The notes beneath the pieces were generated by a model. The model did not search any database. It saw only the letters and a list, made by a program, of their open reading frames with translations, and was not told the origin of the DNA. A stretch of 64,000 nt of DNA from Hyphomicrobiales bacterium. Lineage in GTDB: Bacteria > Pseudomonadota > Alphaproteobacteria > Rhizobiales > Hyphomicrobiaceae. This document shows, in pieces, positions 28,140 through 35,953 of this stretch. The first letter of the stretch is position 1. Each line of letters opens with the position of its first letter. The stretch lies in the NCBI GenBank assembly GCA_025353015.1, contig JANXRM010000218.1, positions 271 to 64,270 of the forward strand, written 5' to 3'. Made by a program: the position numbers and the translations under genes.

Positions 28140-29216
28140 ATGACGAGGCCCATGAAAAGGACTGGTATTCTGGCGAATTGGACGATGTGGCCCGTGGCTG
28201 CATTGGCGATTGCACTTGCTTGTACAATGGTCTTTTTGCAATTCTCCAGCTCTGCGCAGGCACAGGGTTGGTGGCCGTGGGCGTCACCGGATCAACCGAC
28301 TCAGCGGCCAGCCCCAATTCCACGTGAGCCGGTCTACCGGCCGCCAGGGCAACCCGGCGTCCCGGCGCCAATTCCCCAACAGCAAGCTCTGCCTGGCCAG
28401 AAGGCGCCGATCTGCCTCCAACTAGAGGCGCGCCTGGTGCAGGAAGGTCAGCGCGGTAGCTCAGCCCGGGATCAGCTGCCGCGCATCGAGGCTGAAATTC
28501 GTCAACTCGAACGTGCCAATCAGGCCGCACAGTCCCAGTTGGAACGGTCCGACTGTTTTGATTATTTTTTGTTTTCCAAGACGTTGCGCCGGACCCGGCA
28601 GTGTGTCGATCTGGCGGGGCAGGCGGAAAGCTCGAAGCGCCGCTTGGCCGAACTCGATGCCAAACGTCAGCAGTTGAAGGCAGGCGGCGGTCAATCCCTG
28701 ACAGACGACATCTATCTGGAGTTGGCGCGGAACAAGTGTGGCCGCGATTATGAGATCCAGGCGCAGAAGATCAAGAACAAGGATCCATTTGCGTCGCTCT
28801 GGCAGGACGAAGACGGGCCCAATAGCGGCAGGGGCGGAAGCTTCGGGGGCGCACCCGGCCAGACAACCTATCGCACGGTTTGCGTGCGGCTGTGCGATGG
28901 ATACTACTTCCCCGTGAGTTTTGCGACTGTGGAAAATCACTTCGATCGCGATACCGAAACCTGCGAGTCGCAATGCGCTGCCCCGGCGAAGCTTTACTAT
29001 TATCAAAATCCAGGCGGCAGCATCGATCAGGCAACTGCGGTTCGTGAACGAACCCCCTATACCGGCCTCAAAACGGCTTTCCGCTTCCGCAAAGAATTTG
29101 TGCCGGGTTGTTCGTGCAAGCAGGCCGAGTATACGCCCGTTCCTGCCGATCGTGCACCGGAGCGTAAAACGGAAGCGCCAGCACTGCGGGGCGCTGCACA
29201 GCAGGTGCAGAGATAG
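28140..29216 (+). CDS. DUF2865 domain-containing secreted protein
   Basis: Trimmed to ATG 28140, with a signal/TM segment (WPVAALAIALACTMVFLQFSSSAQAQ). The C-terminal YRTVCVRLCDGYYFPVS...CESQC...LYYYQNPG..CSC is the DUF2865 signature. Confidence 0.7.
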   Translation: MTRPMKRTGILANWTMWPVAALAIALACTMVFLQFSSSAQAQGWWPWASPDQPTQRPAPIPREPVYRPPGQPGVPAPIPQQQALPGQKAPICLQLEARLVQEGQRGSSARDQLPRIEAEIRQLERANQAAQSQLERSDCFDYFLFSKTLRRTRQCVDLAGQAESSKRRLAELDAKRQQLKAGGGQSLTDDIYLELARNKCGRDYEIQAQKIKNKDPFASLWQDEDGPNSGRGGSFGGAPGQTTYRTVCVRLCDGYYFPVSFATVENHFDRDTETCESQCAAPAKLYYYQNPGGSIDQATAVRERTPYTGLKTAFRFRKEFVPGCSCKQAEYTPVPADRAPERKTEAPALRGAAQQVQR

Positions 29217-29274
29217 TCCGCTGCACCGGTCGCTCTGCGTGCCGGAATTAGCGGATCAGATTGGGTTCGGTGTG

Positions 29275-29811
29275 ATGCGCAGGGATGCAACCGAGACCGC
29301 CGGACAGTCTGTTTCGCTGCCTTTCGCGTTAACGCCCATTGGGCTGGATGGTTGGGCTGATGTCCGGCAACTACACGCGCTTGCCTTCGAAAAACTGGTT
29401 GGCGCCGGTATCGATGCGCGCGACGTCGCTGCCTTCAAGATCGCCGTCACATCGTGGAGCTATACGCAGGATATCCAGGCTGCCCGCCTCACGGGAGCCT
29501 TCGTCGACGGTTATCTGGTCGGGACGTGTGGCTGGTTGCCGGCCGATGATACAGGTGTTACCGCCCGCGTGATGTTTCTCTATGTCAACCCGATGTTCTC
29601 GCGTCTCGGGTTCGGGAGGCAACTCCTGGGGAACGCCGAACGGCATGCGTTTGCTGCCGGGTTCAGGGCGCTTGCGGTTCGCACCCCCGTCAACGCCGTC
29701 GAATTCTTCGGAGGTCTCGGCTTCGAGGTCGCCTCGTACGGCGTCCATAGTTTCGATCCCGGCGCCGGCTTCCCGGTGGCGTTCATGCGCAAGGCGTTGG
29801 CCGCCAATTGA
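29275..29811 (+). CDS. GNAT family N-acetyltransferase
   Basis: Track ORF 28921..29811 trimmed to ATG 29275. The acetyl-CoA motif is LYVNPMFSRLGFGRQLL. Confidence 0.7.
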   Translation: MRRDATETAGQSVSLPFALTPIGLDGWADVRQLHALAFEKLVGAGIDARDVAAFKIAVTSWSYTQDIQAARLTGAFVDGYLVGTCGWLPADDTGVTARVMFLYVNPMFSRLGFGRQLLGNAERHAFAAGFRALAVRTPVNAVEFFGGLGFEVASYGVHSFDPGAGFPVAFMRKALAAN

Positions 29812-29866
29812 GACCGGAGCAGAGCGTCAATCCAAAGTAGCACTTACGGTGCTTGGTGGTTCACGT

Positions 29867-30280
29867 TCAGCGGCCGCTAGCCCGCAGGACGGCCGCCAGC
29901 GCGATCGCCTCGGTTTGGCGATCAGTCGTAAACCGAACCGTTTCCCCGTTGGTCAGGCGAATGTCGATCCAGTGCAGGTGAATGGTGTGCCCGCGAAAGA
30001 TTTCGGCGAGCGCCGATAGGCCGATCAAGATAAATAGGCCGCCGCCGATCAGGAATTTGGGGGCTGCCAACGTCAATGCAACGGGAATGACGAACAGTGA
30101 TCCAGCGCCGAGGAACAGGGCCACGGCAATCAGGTGGCCGATGACATTCGGCTCAAACAACTCGCCCGGTTTGACACTTGCGACGTCGGATAGCCGCAAG
30201 CGATGCTGACCAAAACTGACCGTGCGGCTGGCGGGATCAAAGCGCCACGCACGGGGAAGACTTTGATGAGGTGCGGTCAC
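29867..30280 (-). CDS. Hypothetical membrane protein (2 TM)
   Basis: 137 aa with two central hydrophobic helices (HLIAVALFLGAGSLFVIPVALTLAA / LIGGGLFILIGLSALAEIF). No family recognised. Confidence 0.5.
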   Translation of the reverse strand: MTAPHQSLPRAWRFDPASRTVSFGQHRLRLSDVASVKPGELFEPNVIGHLIAVALFLGAGSLFVIPVALTLAAPKFLIGGGLFILIGLSALAEIFRGHTIHLHWIDIRLTNGETVRFTTDRQTEAIALAAVLRASGR

Positions 30281-30464
30281 GGACGAGGTCCTGAAGCAGC
30301 GGTGCCGGCAATGCCGTGCCGTATCCCGGATTGCTGCCAGGCCTGCCTTGAGATCGATGTCTGATCGCGTTGGGACGGTGTCTGTGCAATCCGGCTGCGA
30401 TGCTAACAGGGCGAGGTTTGCATCATGCTAACGCCCTATCGCTCGCCGCGTTTCCAAAGGGGGT

Positions 30465-30493
30465 TTGCAGCGAAGGACTGGATGGGCTATCAG
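30465..30493 (+). promoter_or_regulatory. Candidate sigma-70 promoter for tRNA-Arg (TTGCAG-N17-TATCAG)
   Basis: The hexamers have 17-nt spacing and end about 12 nt before the mature tRNA 5' end. Confidence 0.3.
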
Positions 30494-30504
30494 TCGCTGC
30501 GAGT

Positions 30505-30581
30505 GCACCCATAGCTCAGCTGGATAGAGTGTCGCCCTCCGAAGGCGAAGGTCGTAGGTTCGAATCCTACTGGGTGCGCCA
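30505..30581 (+). tRNA. tRNA-Arg (anticodon CCG)
   Basis: Cloverleaf folded by hand: acceptor GCACCCA/TGGGTGC, anticodon stem TCGCC/GGCGA with loop CTCCGAA, T-arm GTAGG-TTCGAAT-CCTAC and an encoded CCA. Confidence 0.9.
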
Positions 30582-30984
30582 AAAAACAAGGAAAATCAGG
30601 TCGGCGGAAGTCATCGAAGGATGGCGGCCGTGGGTGATTGTGCACCGGTGGTGGGGGAAAAGTGGGGGAAGAGATTCCGGCGCAGTTCTCAGCCTCAACA
30701 ATTGAATGTTGTACATAAATACGCTACCAACGTAGATCGCAGCATAGCGTTCATAAAAAAATATCGTTCGAGATTGTCATGGTCGGGCCCTATGTAAGTT
30801 CGAAGCACGTCTTCGACATGACTCCCGACCACCCATGGCTCCCCGAAGGCGGCGATAGAGGTGTGCTGTGAAAATCGGCAAAACGAAACGTCTTGCAGCT
30901 GCGGCGCGATGGGTTCTCGCGACAAGCGCGAGAATGACACCGGTGGGTATGGATATGAATGTGCTGCAACCCTAGCAGCAGCCC

Positions 30985-31365
30985 TCAGCTCGCAATCCTG
31001 ATTTCCGGCGGTGCCAGATCCTGAGCGTCATTTGCCGCTGCCGGCGCCACCGGAAACGACACGACGTTGTCAGTATCAGCCATGCCGCGGCGGCGCTGAC
31101 GAAACCAACGAAGGCCCGTGTTGAGCATCAATGCATCGCCGCGTGTTTCCTGCACCAGCAGGCCATCCTCGTCATCGAGCAACCGCGACAGCCGCGCCTC
31201 GATCTCGGCCAACGTGATCTCGCACGATGTTTCCTCCGCTTTGAGATACCAGACGTTGGCGAGGGGCCGCGCCCAGGCCGTGCCGAGGCTCATGATGGCC
31301 TCTGCCAGATAGGGCTGGTTCAGCGACGGCTTGGCGAGGTCGTAGGAGACGAGGTAGGTGCGCAT
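30985..31365 (-). CDS. Hypothetical 126-aa protein with a Cas2/ferredoxin-like N-terminal pattern (MRTYLVSYDL...), candidate SOS-regulated
   Basis: Clean ORF with an ATG at 31365. Two LexA-type boxes lie 73-122 nt upstream. The fold assignment is a guess from the beta-alpha-beta pattern only. Confidence 0.55.
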   Translation of the reverse strand: MRTYLVSYDLAKPSLNQPYLAEAIMSLGTAWARPLANVWYLKAEETSCEITLAEIEARLSRLLDDEDGLLVQETRGDALMLNTGLRWFRQRRRGMADTDNVVSFPVAPAAANDAQDLAPPEIRIAS

Positions 31366-31437
31366 TGGGGGGCTCTCGGGGGCAGCGACGGTTCAGTTTG
31401 AAACGGTGTTCTGTTTTCCCGGAGCAGCAGGTTCCGA

Positions 31438-31452
31438 GAACGTAGGAGGAAC
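31438..31452 (+). promoter_or_regulatory. Candidate LexA operator GAAC-N7-GAAC(AT)
   Basis: GAACgtaggagGAACat read directly. Confidence 0.55.
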
Positions 31453-31472
31453 ATGACTCGATTCTCGCTCAT

Positions 31473-31487
31473 GTTCAACGTCTGTTC
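31473..31487 (-). promoter_or_regulatory. Candidate LexA operator GAAC-N7-GAAC(AT), minus-strand orientation
   Basis: The plus strand reads atGTTCaacgtctGTTC, which on the minus strand is GAACagacgttGAACat. Confidence 0.55.
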
Positions 31488-31510
31488 TCATTTTGCCAAA
31501 TATTTCGTCG

Positions 31511-31535
31511 CAGCGGCCCCGACGAACGGCCGCTG
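31511..31535 (-). terminator. Hairpin downstream of the 31551..31931 ORF (8-bp perfect stem)
   Basis: cagcggcc-N9-ggccgctg. On the minus strand only a weak A/T-rich tail follows (cgacgaaatattt). Confidence 0.35.
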
Positions 31536-31550
31536 ACGTGCGATCACCGC

Positions 31551-31931
31551 TCACAAAAACAGATCAGCCTGCACGTCACTAGATATCGGCACCTTCCGCG
31601 GGATGCGGCGATAGCCGAATGTGGTCCGCTCCACGAGCCCCGGATGCCGCTCGGCAAAAAGTTTGGCCGCCTTTTCCCGCGAGCCCGGAAAGCGCTGCCC
31701 CCACCAGATTTCATAAAGACGGCTCGAGTCGCAATTATACCGCGCCATCAAGTCTTTGCGCCGGATGCGCAGCCAGCGGGCGATCCAGATTTCGATCGCC
31801 TCCGCTTCGCTCAACGCGCGCGGCGCACGGCGCGGCTTGGCTTCGGTTTCGGCAGAATGAACTTCAAACACGGCACATCCCTTCGGCAAGATCGCCCTTG
31901 ACCTTGATTCGTTGTTTGTTCCATTGATCAT
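31551..31931 (-). CDS. Hypothetical 126-aa protein with an HTH-like core and a C-terminal QADLF motif
   Basis: ORF with a Trp/Arg-rich helical core ([40 protein letters not shown]). The extreme C-terminus ...DVQADLFL resembles the beta-clamp-binding pentapeptide. The start codon is uncertain. Confidence 0.45.
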   Translation of the reverse strand: MINGTNNESRSRAILPKGCAVFEVHSAETEAKPRRAPRALSEAEAIEIWIARWLRIRRKDLMARYNCDSSRLYEIWWGQRFPGSREKAAKLFAERHPGLVERTTFGYRRIPRKVPISSDVQADLFL

Positions 31932-32006
31932 CCGAAATCAAGCAATCTCGTGACCGTCGCAGATCTGGGTGAGATCGCACACGTCGCGAGCAGAAAGGTG
32001 TCGCCC

Positions 32007-32738
32007 GTGATCCTGTTTCCCGCCATCGACTTGAAGGACGGCCAGTGCGTGCGCCTGAAGCTCGGCGAGATGGATCAGGCGACCGTGTTCAATGACAATC
32101 CGGCAGCCCAGGCGAAAAGCTTCGAGGCGCAAGGCTTCCAATACCTTCACATCGTCGACCTCAACGGCGCCTTTGAGGGCAAGCCCATCAACGCCGCGGC
32201 GGTCGAAGCCATTCTCGGCACCATCACGATCCCCGCGCAGCTTGGCGGCGGCATTCGCGATCTCGCAACCATCGAGATGTGGCTCGGCCGGGGCATCCGT
32301 CGCGTCATCCTCGGCACGGTCGCCGTTCGCGATCCAGCCCTTGTCAAGGCCGCGTGCCGGGTGTTCCCGGGTCACGTCGCCGTCGGCATCGATGCCAAGG
32401 GCGGCCGCGTCGCGGTCGAAGGCTGGGCCGAAACCTCTGACTTGACCGCGATCGATCTCGCGCGGCGTTTCGAGGACGCGGGCGTATCCGCCATCATCTA
32501 CACCGACATCGAGCGCGACGGCATTCTGAAGGGCCTTAATCTGCCGGCGACGGCAGAACTCGCGCGCGCCACCCAAATACCGGTGATCGCCTCAGGCGGC
32601 CTTGCGTCCATCGAGGATGTAAAGGCTTTGCTGCGCCCCGAGAACCAGGCGCTGGAAGGCGCGATTACGGGCCGGGCGCTTTACGACGGTCGCCTCGATC
32701 CCAGCGCCGCTTTGGCCCTATTGGCCGGCCGCGTGTGA
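32007..32738 (+). CDS. hisA: 1-(5-phosphoribosyl)-5-[(5-phosphoribosylamino)methylideneamino]imidazole-4-carboxamide isomerase
   Basis: Trimmed to GTG 32007 ((M)[16 protein letters not shown]...), preceded by GAAAGG. The HisA signature is full length (VDLNGA, GGGIR, ASGG). Confidence 0.9.
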   Translation: MILFPAIDLKDGQCVRLKLGEMDQATVFNDNPAAQAKSFEAQGFQYLHIVDLNGAFEGKPINAAAVEAILGTITIPAQLGGGIRDLATIEMWLGRGIRRVILGTVAVRDPALVKAACRVFPGHVAVGIDAKGGRVAVEGWAETSDLTAIDLARRFEDAGVSAIIYTDIERDGILKGLNLPATAELARATQIPVIASGGLASIEDVKALLRPENQALEGAITGRALYDGRLDPSAALALLAGRV

Positions 32739-32760
32739 ACATCGCAACCGCCAACGCACG

Positions 32761-32807
32761 GCGGCGGACCGCAAACGCGCTCACGAAGAGCGCAAGCGAT
32801 CCGCCGC
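32761..32807 (+). terminator. Compound GC-rich hairpin after hisA (no U-tract)
   Basis: Outer stem gcggcgga/tccgccgc and inner stem gcgctc-acgaa-gagcgc. It could be a terminator or an RNA-stability element. Confidence 0.3.
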
Positions 32808-32963
32808 GTGCAACGCGCGCCTTGATACGCTGAACTTGAGGTCAGGGCGCGCTTGGGTATTTAGGCTGAGAGGTCTTACGAAAGCACAAATAACCGGATG
32901 GCCGTCCGCTTTAAATTCGACGATCGCGCAACACGTGCCCGGACCGACGAAACGCGGCTATCG

Positions 32964-33746
32964 TTATCGTTCGCCAAGCTCAACCCAGCGCTGCAGAAAC
33001 AGATCGAGCCAAGCGTGCACCTTGGGCGCCTGCATCAGGTGCGTTTCGAACTGCGCCTGCCGCGGCATCGCGCCCCGCATCAACAGCCGCATGGGATTGC
33101 CACCCGACCAGCGGTTGACCTGCGCGTAGGTGATTTCAGGATGGAACTGCACGCCAACGGCTGCTCCCTGATCGCCATAACTGAAGGCCTGATTGGGATA
33201 GGCGCCGTCCGAGGTCACCAGCAGCGTCGCCTCCTTCGGCAGGTCGAAGCCTTCGCGATGCCACTGGAAAACGTGCGACGGCAATGGCCCAAGCACCGGT
33301 TCCCCGGCCTGCGTCGGCCTGACAGCATGATAGCCGATCTCGACGCGGCCATGACAGCAATGATCGACCCTGGCGCCAAGATGCTGCGCCAGCATTTGCG
33401 CGCCAAGACAAATTCCGAAAAAAGGCTTGCCCTCGCGCAATGGTACGCCGATCCAGTCGACTTCGCGCCGGATGAACCCGAGACTGTCGTTGGCGCTTTG
33501 CGGTCCGCCGAAAATCACCGCGCCACAGTGATCGGCGAGTGTCGATGGCAAGGGATCGCCAGCGTAGTGGCGCCTGATGTCGAGCTTGTGCCCGTTGCGG
33601 ACGAACCATTGGCCAACGTGGCCAGGGTTGGAATGCACCTGGTGCACGATGATGAGCACGGGCTTTCGCGGTGCCGCTGGGTGCGACTCCGGTAAACTCG
33701 CTCCGGCGCAATCGTCAAGGCTTCCATCACCCTGCACTTTCAGCAT
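32964..33746 (-). CDS. Class I glutamine amidotransferase (GuaA-like GATase1 domain only)
   Basis: Trimmed to ATG 33746 (MLKVQGDG...), preceded by GGGAGG. It has the nucleophile elbow GICLGAQ and the catalytic QFHPE. Confidence 0.75.
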   Translation of the reverse strand: MLKVQGDGSLDDCAGASLPESHPAAPRKPVLIIVHQVHSNPGHVGQWFVRNGHKLDIRRHYAGDPLPSTLADHCGAVIFGGPQSANDSLGFIRREVDWIGVPLREGKPFFGICLGAQMLAQHLGARVDHCCHGRVEIGYHAVRPTQAGEPVLGPLPSHVFQWHREGFDLPKEATLLVTSDGAYPNQAFSYGDQGAAVGVQFHPEITYAQVNRWSGGNPMRLLMRGAMPRQAQFETHLMQAPKVHAWLDLFLQRWVELGER

Positions 33747-33769
33747 CGGGAACCTCCCGCCCCAGGGGA

Positions 33770-34606
33770 TCAACGGGGCCGCAGCAGCCATGCAACGATG
33801 GGGATTACTAGGCGATGCGGCAAAATCCGCAAGCAGGCAAAGAGGACAGTATTGACAACGCCGGGGACAACCGAGCGCAGCCGCAGCCGGAACGCCCAAA
33901 ATGCCCAAAATGCAACCGTGTCCGCCCGAAGTTCCGGCACCAGAGTGCGGTAGATCGACCGCTCTGCCCCCATCCGCGCATGAAAGCCCGTCGCAACCGG
34001 CCCCGGCGAAACAACAGTCACACGCACACCGTCACCAGAAACTTCATGCGCCACCGCCTCGCTGAGCGAGATCACGTAGGCCTTGCTGGCGTAATAGACC
34101 GCCTGATAGGGCCCCGGCACGAAGCCCCCAAGCGACGCGATGTTGATGACGCCGCCGCGTCCGCGCGCCCGCATGCCCGGCAAAAAGTGCCGCATCAGCC
34201 GCGTCAGCGCCATGACGTTCAAAGCCAGCAACGCCTCCATGTCTGCCGGCGCTTGCCCACCGAATTTCCCCGAAAGCCCGATCCCCGCACTATTGACCAG
34301 GATATCGGCATATCCGCCCGCCGCACTGAGGTGCCGTTCGATCGCTTCTGCCGCCCCAGGCGCACAGACATCCTGCGCCAACACATCGATGCGTGGCAGC
34401 GCTACCCCCTGGCGGGCCCCGTATTGGGAAACAACCGCGGCGCGGATCTCCTCGGCAGCATCCTCCAAACGCCCGGCATCCCGCGCCACGAACAAAACGC
34501 GATGCCCCGAAATCGCAAACCGCTTCGCAAGCGCCTTCCCGATGCCATCCGACCCCCCGGTGACAACCGTTACAGGCTCAAGTCCAACTCCTGTTTGCGG
34601 CGGCAT
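33770..34606 (-). CDS. SDR family oxidoreductase with a hydrophobic C-terminal tail
   Basis: TGGSDGIGKA cofactor motif, NSAG and YYASKAY catalytic motifs, and a C-terminal Trp/Phe-rich TM-like extension. The start is ATG 34606 or 34657. Confidence 0.8.
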   Translation of the reverse strand: MPPQTGVGLEPVTVVTGGSDGIGKALAKRFAISGHRVLFVARDAGRLEDAAEEIRAAVVSQYGARQGVALPRIDVLAQDVCAPGAAEAIERHLSAAGGYADILVNSAGIGLSGKFGGQAPADMEALLALNVMALTRLMRHFLPGMRARGRGGVINIASLGGFVPGPYQAVYYASKAYVISLSEAVAHEVSGDGVRVTVVSPGPVATGFHARMGAERSIYRTLVPELRADTVAFWAFWAFRLRLRSVVPGVVNTVLFACLRILPHRLVIPIVAWLLRPR

Positions 34607-34668
34607 GGCAGGTCCCACGACAATCCCTTGCGTTGACGGCGCGTCCGCAGGCACCATGCGGCAATCAC

Positions 34669-35829
34669 ATGATTCCGCAAGTTCCCACTCCGGAGACCCG
34701 CCCCGTGCCGACAGATGCCGTTGCCCTGACGCAGGATCTCATCCGGTTCCGCACCATCAATCCGCCGGGCGAGGAGGAGGCGTGCGCACGCCATCTCGGG
34801 CGGATTCTCGAAGGCGCTGGTTTCCAGTGCGATTACGTGCAGATGGGCCCGGGCCGCGCCAACCTGATCGCGCGAATTGGAAACGCGACGAACCCACTGG
34901 CCTTCACCGGCCACATCGACGTCGTCCCCTTGGGCGCACGGCCGTGGTCCATGGACCCGTTCGCCGCCGATACCGCCAACAACCGCATCTATGGCCGCGG
35001 CGCGTCCGACATGAAGAGCGGCGTCGCCAGTTTCGTAGCCGCAGCCGTCGAAGCTGCACCCCGCCTCGCTGCCGGCCCAGGCTTGCTGCTGATCATCACC
35101 GCTGGCGAAGAAACCGGCTGTACCGGCGCGCATCACATCGTCGCCACGGCACGCGGTCTCCTCGGTCAAGCTGGCGCCCTCGTCGTCGCCGAGCCTACGT
35201 CGAACACGCCCATGGTCGGCCACAAAGGCGCGCTTCGCCTGAAGGTGACAGCGCGCGGCGTCACCGCCCATGCCTCCATGCCGCACGAGGGCGTCAACGC
35301 GGTAATCAAGGCCGCCCGCGCCATTGCCCGCCTCGACGACTTCGAATTCAACATCGCCCGCCACCCGGTCATGGGCGCGCCGACCCTGAACGTCGGTTGG
35401 CTGCATGGCGGCATGAACATCAACTCGGTGCCCGATCAGGCCGAAGCCGGCCTCGACATCCGCACGATCCCCGCCCAGGCCCACAAAGCCATCGCCATGC
35501 AATTGGCGAGCTACCTCGGCCCCGATGTCGAAGTTTCATTGCTGGACGAGGCGGTGCCCATCTGGACGGAACCGGGCATCGCCTGGATGCAGGACGTTTT
35601 TGCGGCGGTAAAATCCGTCACCGGCATCGCGCCTGATATTGCGGCCGCGCCCTACTTCACCGACGCATCGGCGCTGACCCCGGCCTTTGGCGGCATCCCG
35701 ACCGTCATTCTCGGCCCCGGCCCCGCCGCAATGGCGCACCAAACCGACGAATACTGCGAGATCTCCGCTATCGAAGTGGCCAAAGACATCAGCCGCCGCC
35801 TGATCGACGACTGGTGCAGCAAGGGCTGA
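34669..35829 (+). CDS. M20 family metallopeptidase (ArgE/DapE-like deacylase)
   Basis: GHIDVVP, GRGASDMKSG and ITAGEETG motifs. The start is ATG 34669 or TTG 34633. Confidence 0.8.
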   Translation: MIPQVPTPETRPVPTDAVALTQDLIRFRTINPPGEEEACARHLGRILEGAGFQCDYVQMGPGRANLIARIGNATNPLAFTGHIDVVPLGARPWSMDPFAADTANNRIYGRGASDMKSGVASFVAAAVEAAPRLAAGPGLLLIITAGEETGCTGAHHIVATARGLLGQAGALVVAEPTSNTPMVGHKGALRLKVTARGVTAHASMPHEGVNAVIKAARAIARLDDFEFNIARHPVMGAPTLNVGWLHGGMNINSVPDQAEAGLDIRTIPAQAHKAIAMQLASYLGPDVEVSLLDEAVPIWTEPGIAWMQDVFAAVKSVTGIAPDIAAAPYFTDASALTPAFGGIPTVILGPGPAAMAHQTDEYCEISAIEVAKDISRRLIDDWCSKG

Positions 35830-35953
35830 GACCCCCGCCACAATCCCCCCTGATCCCTCGTCCCTCATTCCTGTACTCTCCAGCGAACCTGTGTAAGCTT
35901 GGCGCCGACCGGAACATCACAGATTCCGGCGCGATCAAGGGAAACGTCAGCGA

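Noticed and set aside
30695-30940. 81-aa minus-strand ORF in the tRNA-adjacent islet.
   Set aside because: It has a GTG start without an RBS, its composition drifts to AT-rich near the 3' end, and no motif is recognisable. It is possibly a remnant and was not called as a gene.
30582-32000. att-type direct repeat of the tRNA-Arg 3' end marking an island boundary.
   Set aside because: I could not find a copy of the tRNA 3' segment (ttcgaatcctactgggtgcgcca or a sizeable part of it) by eye within the islet or at the hisA junction.
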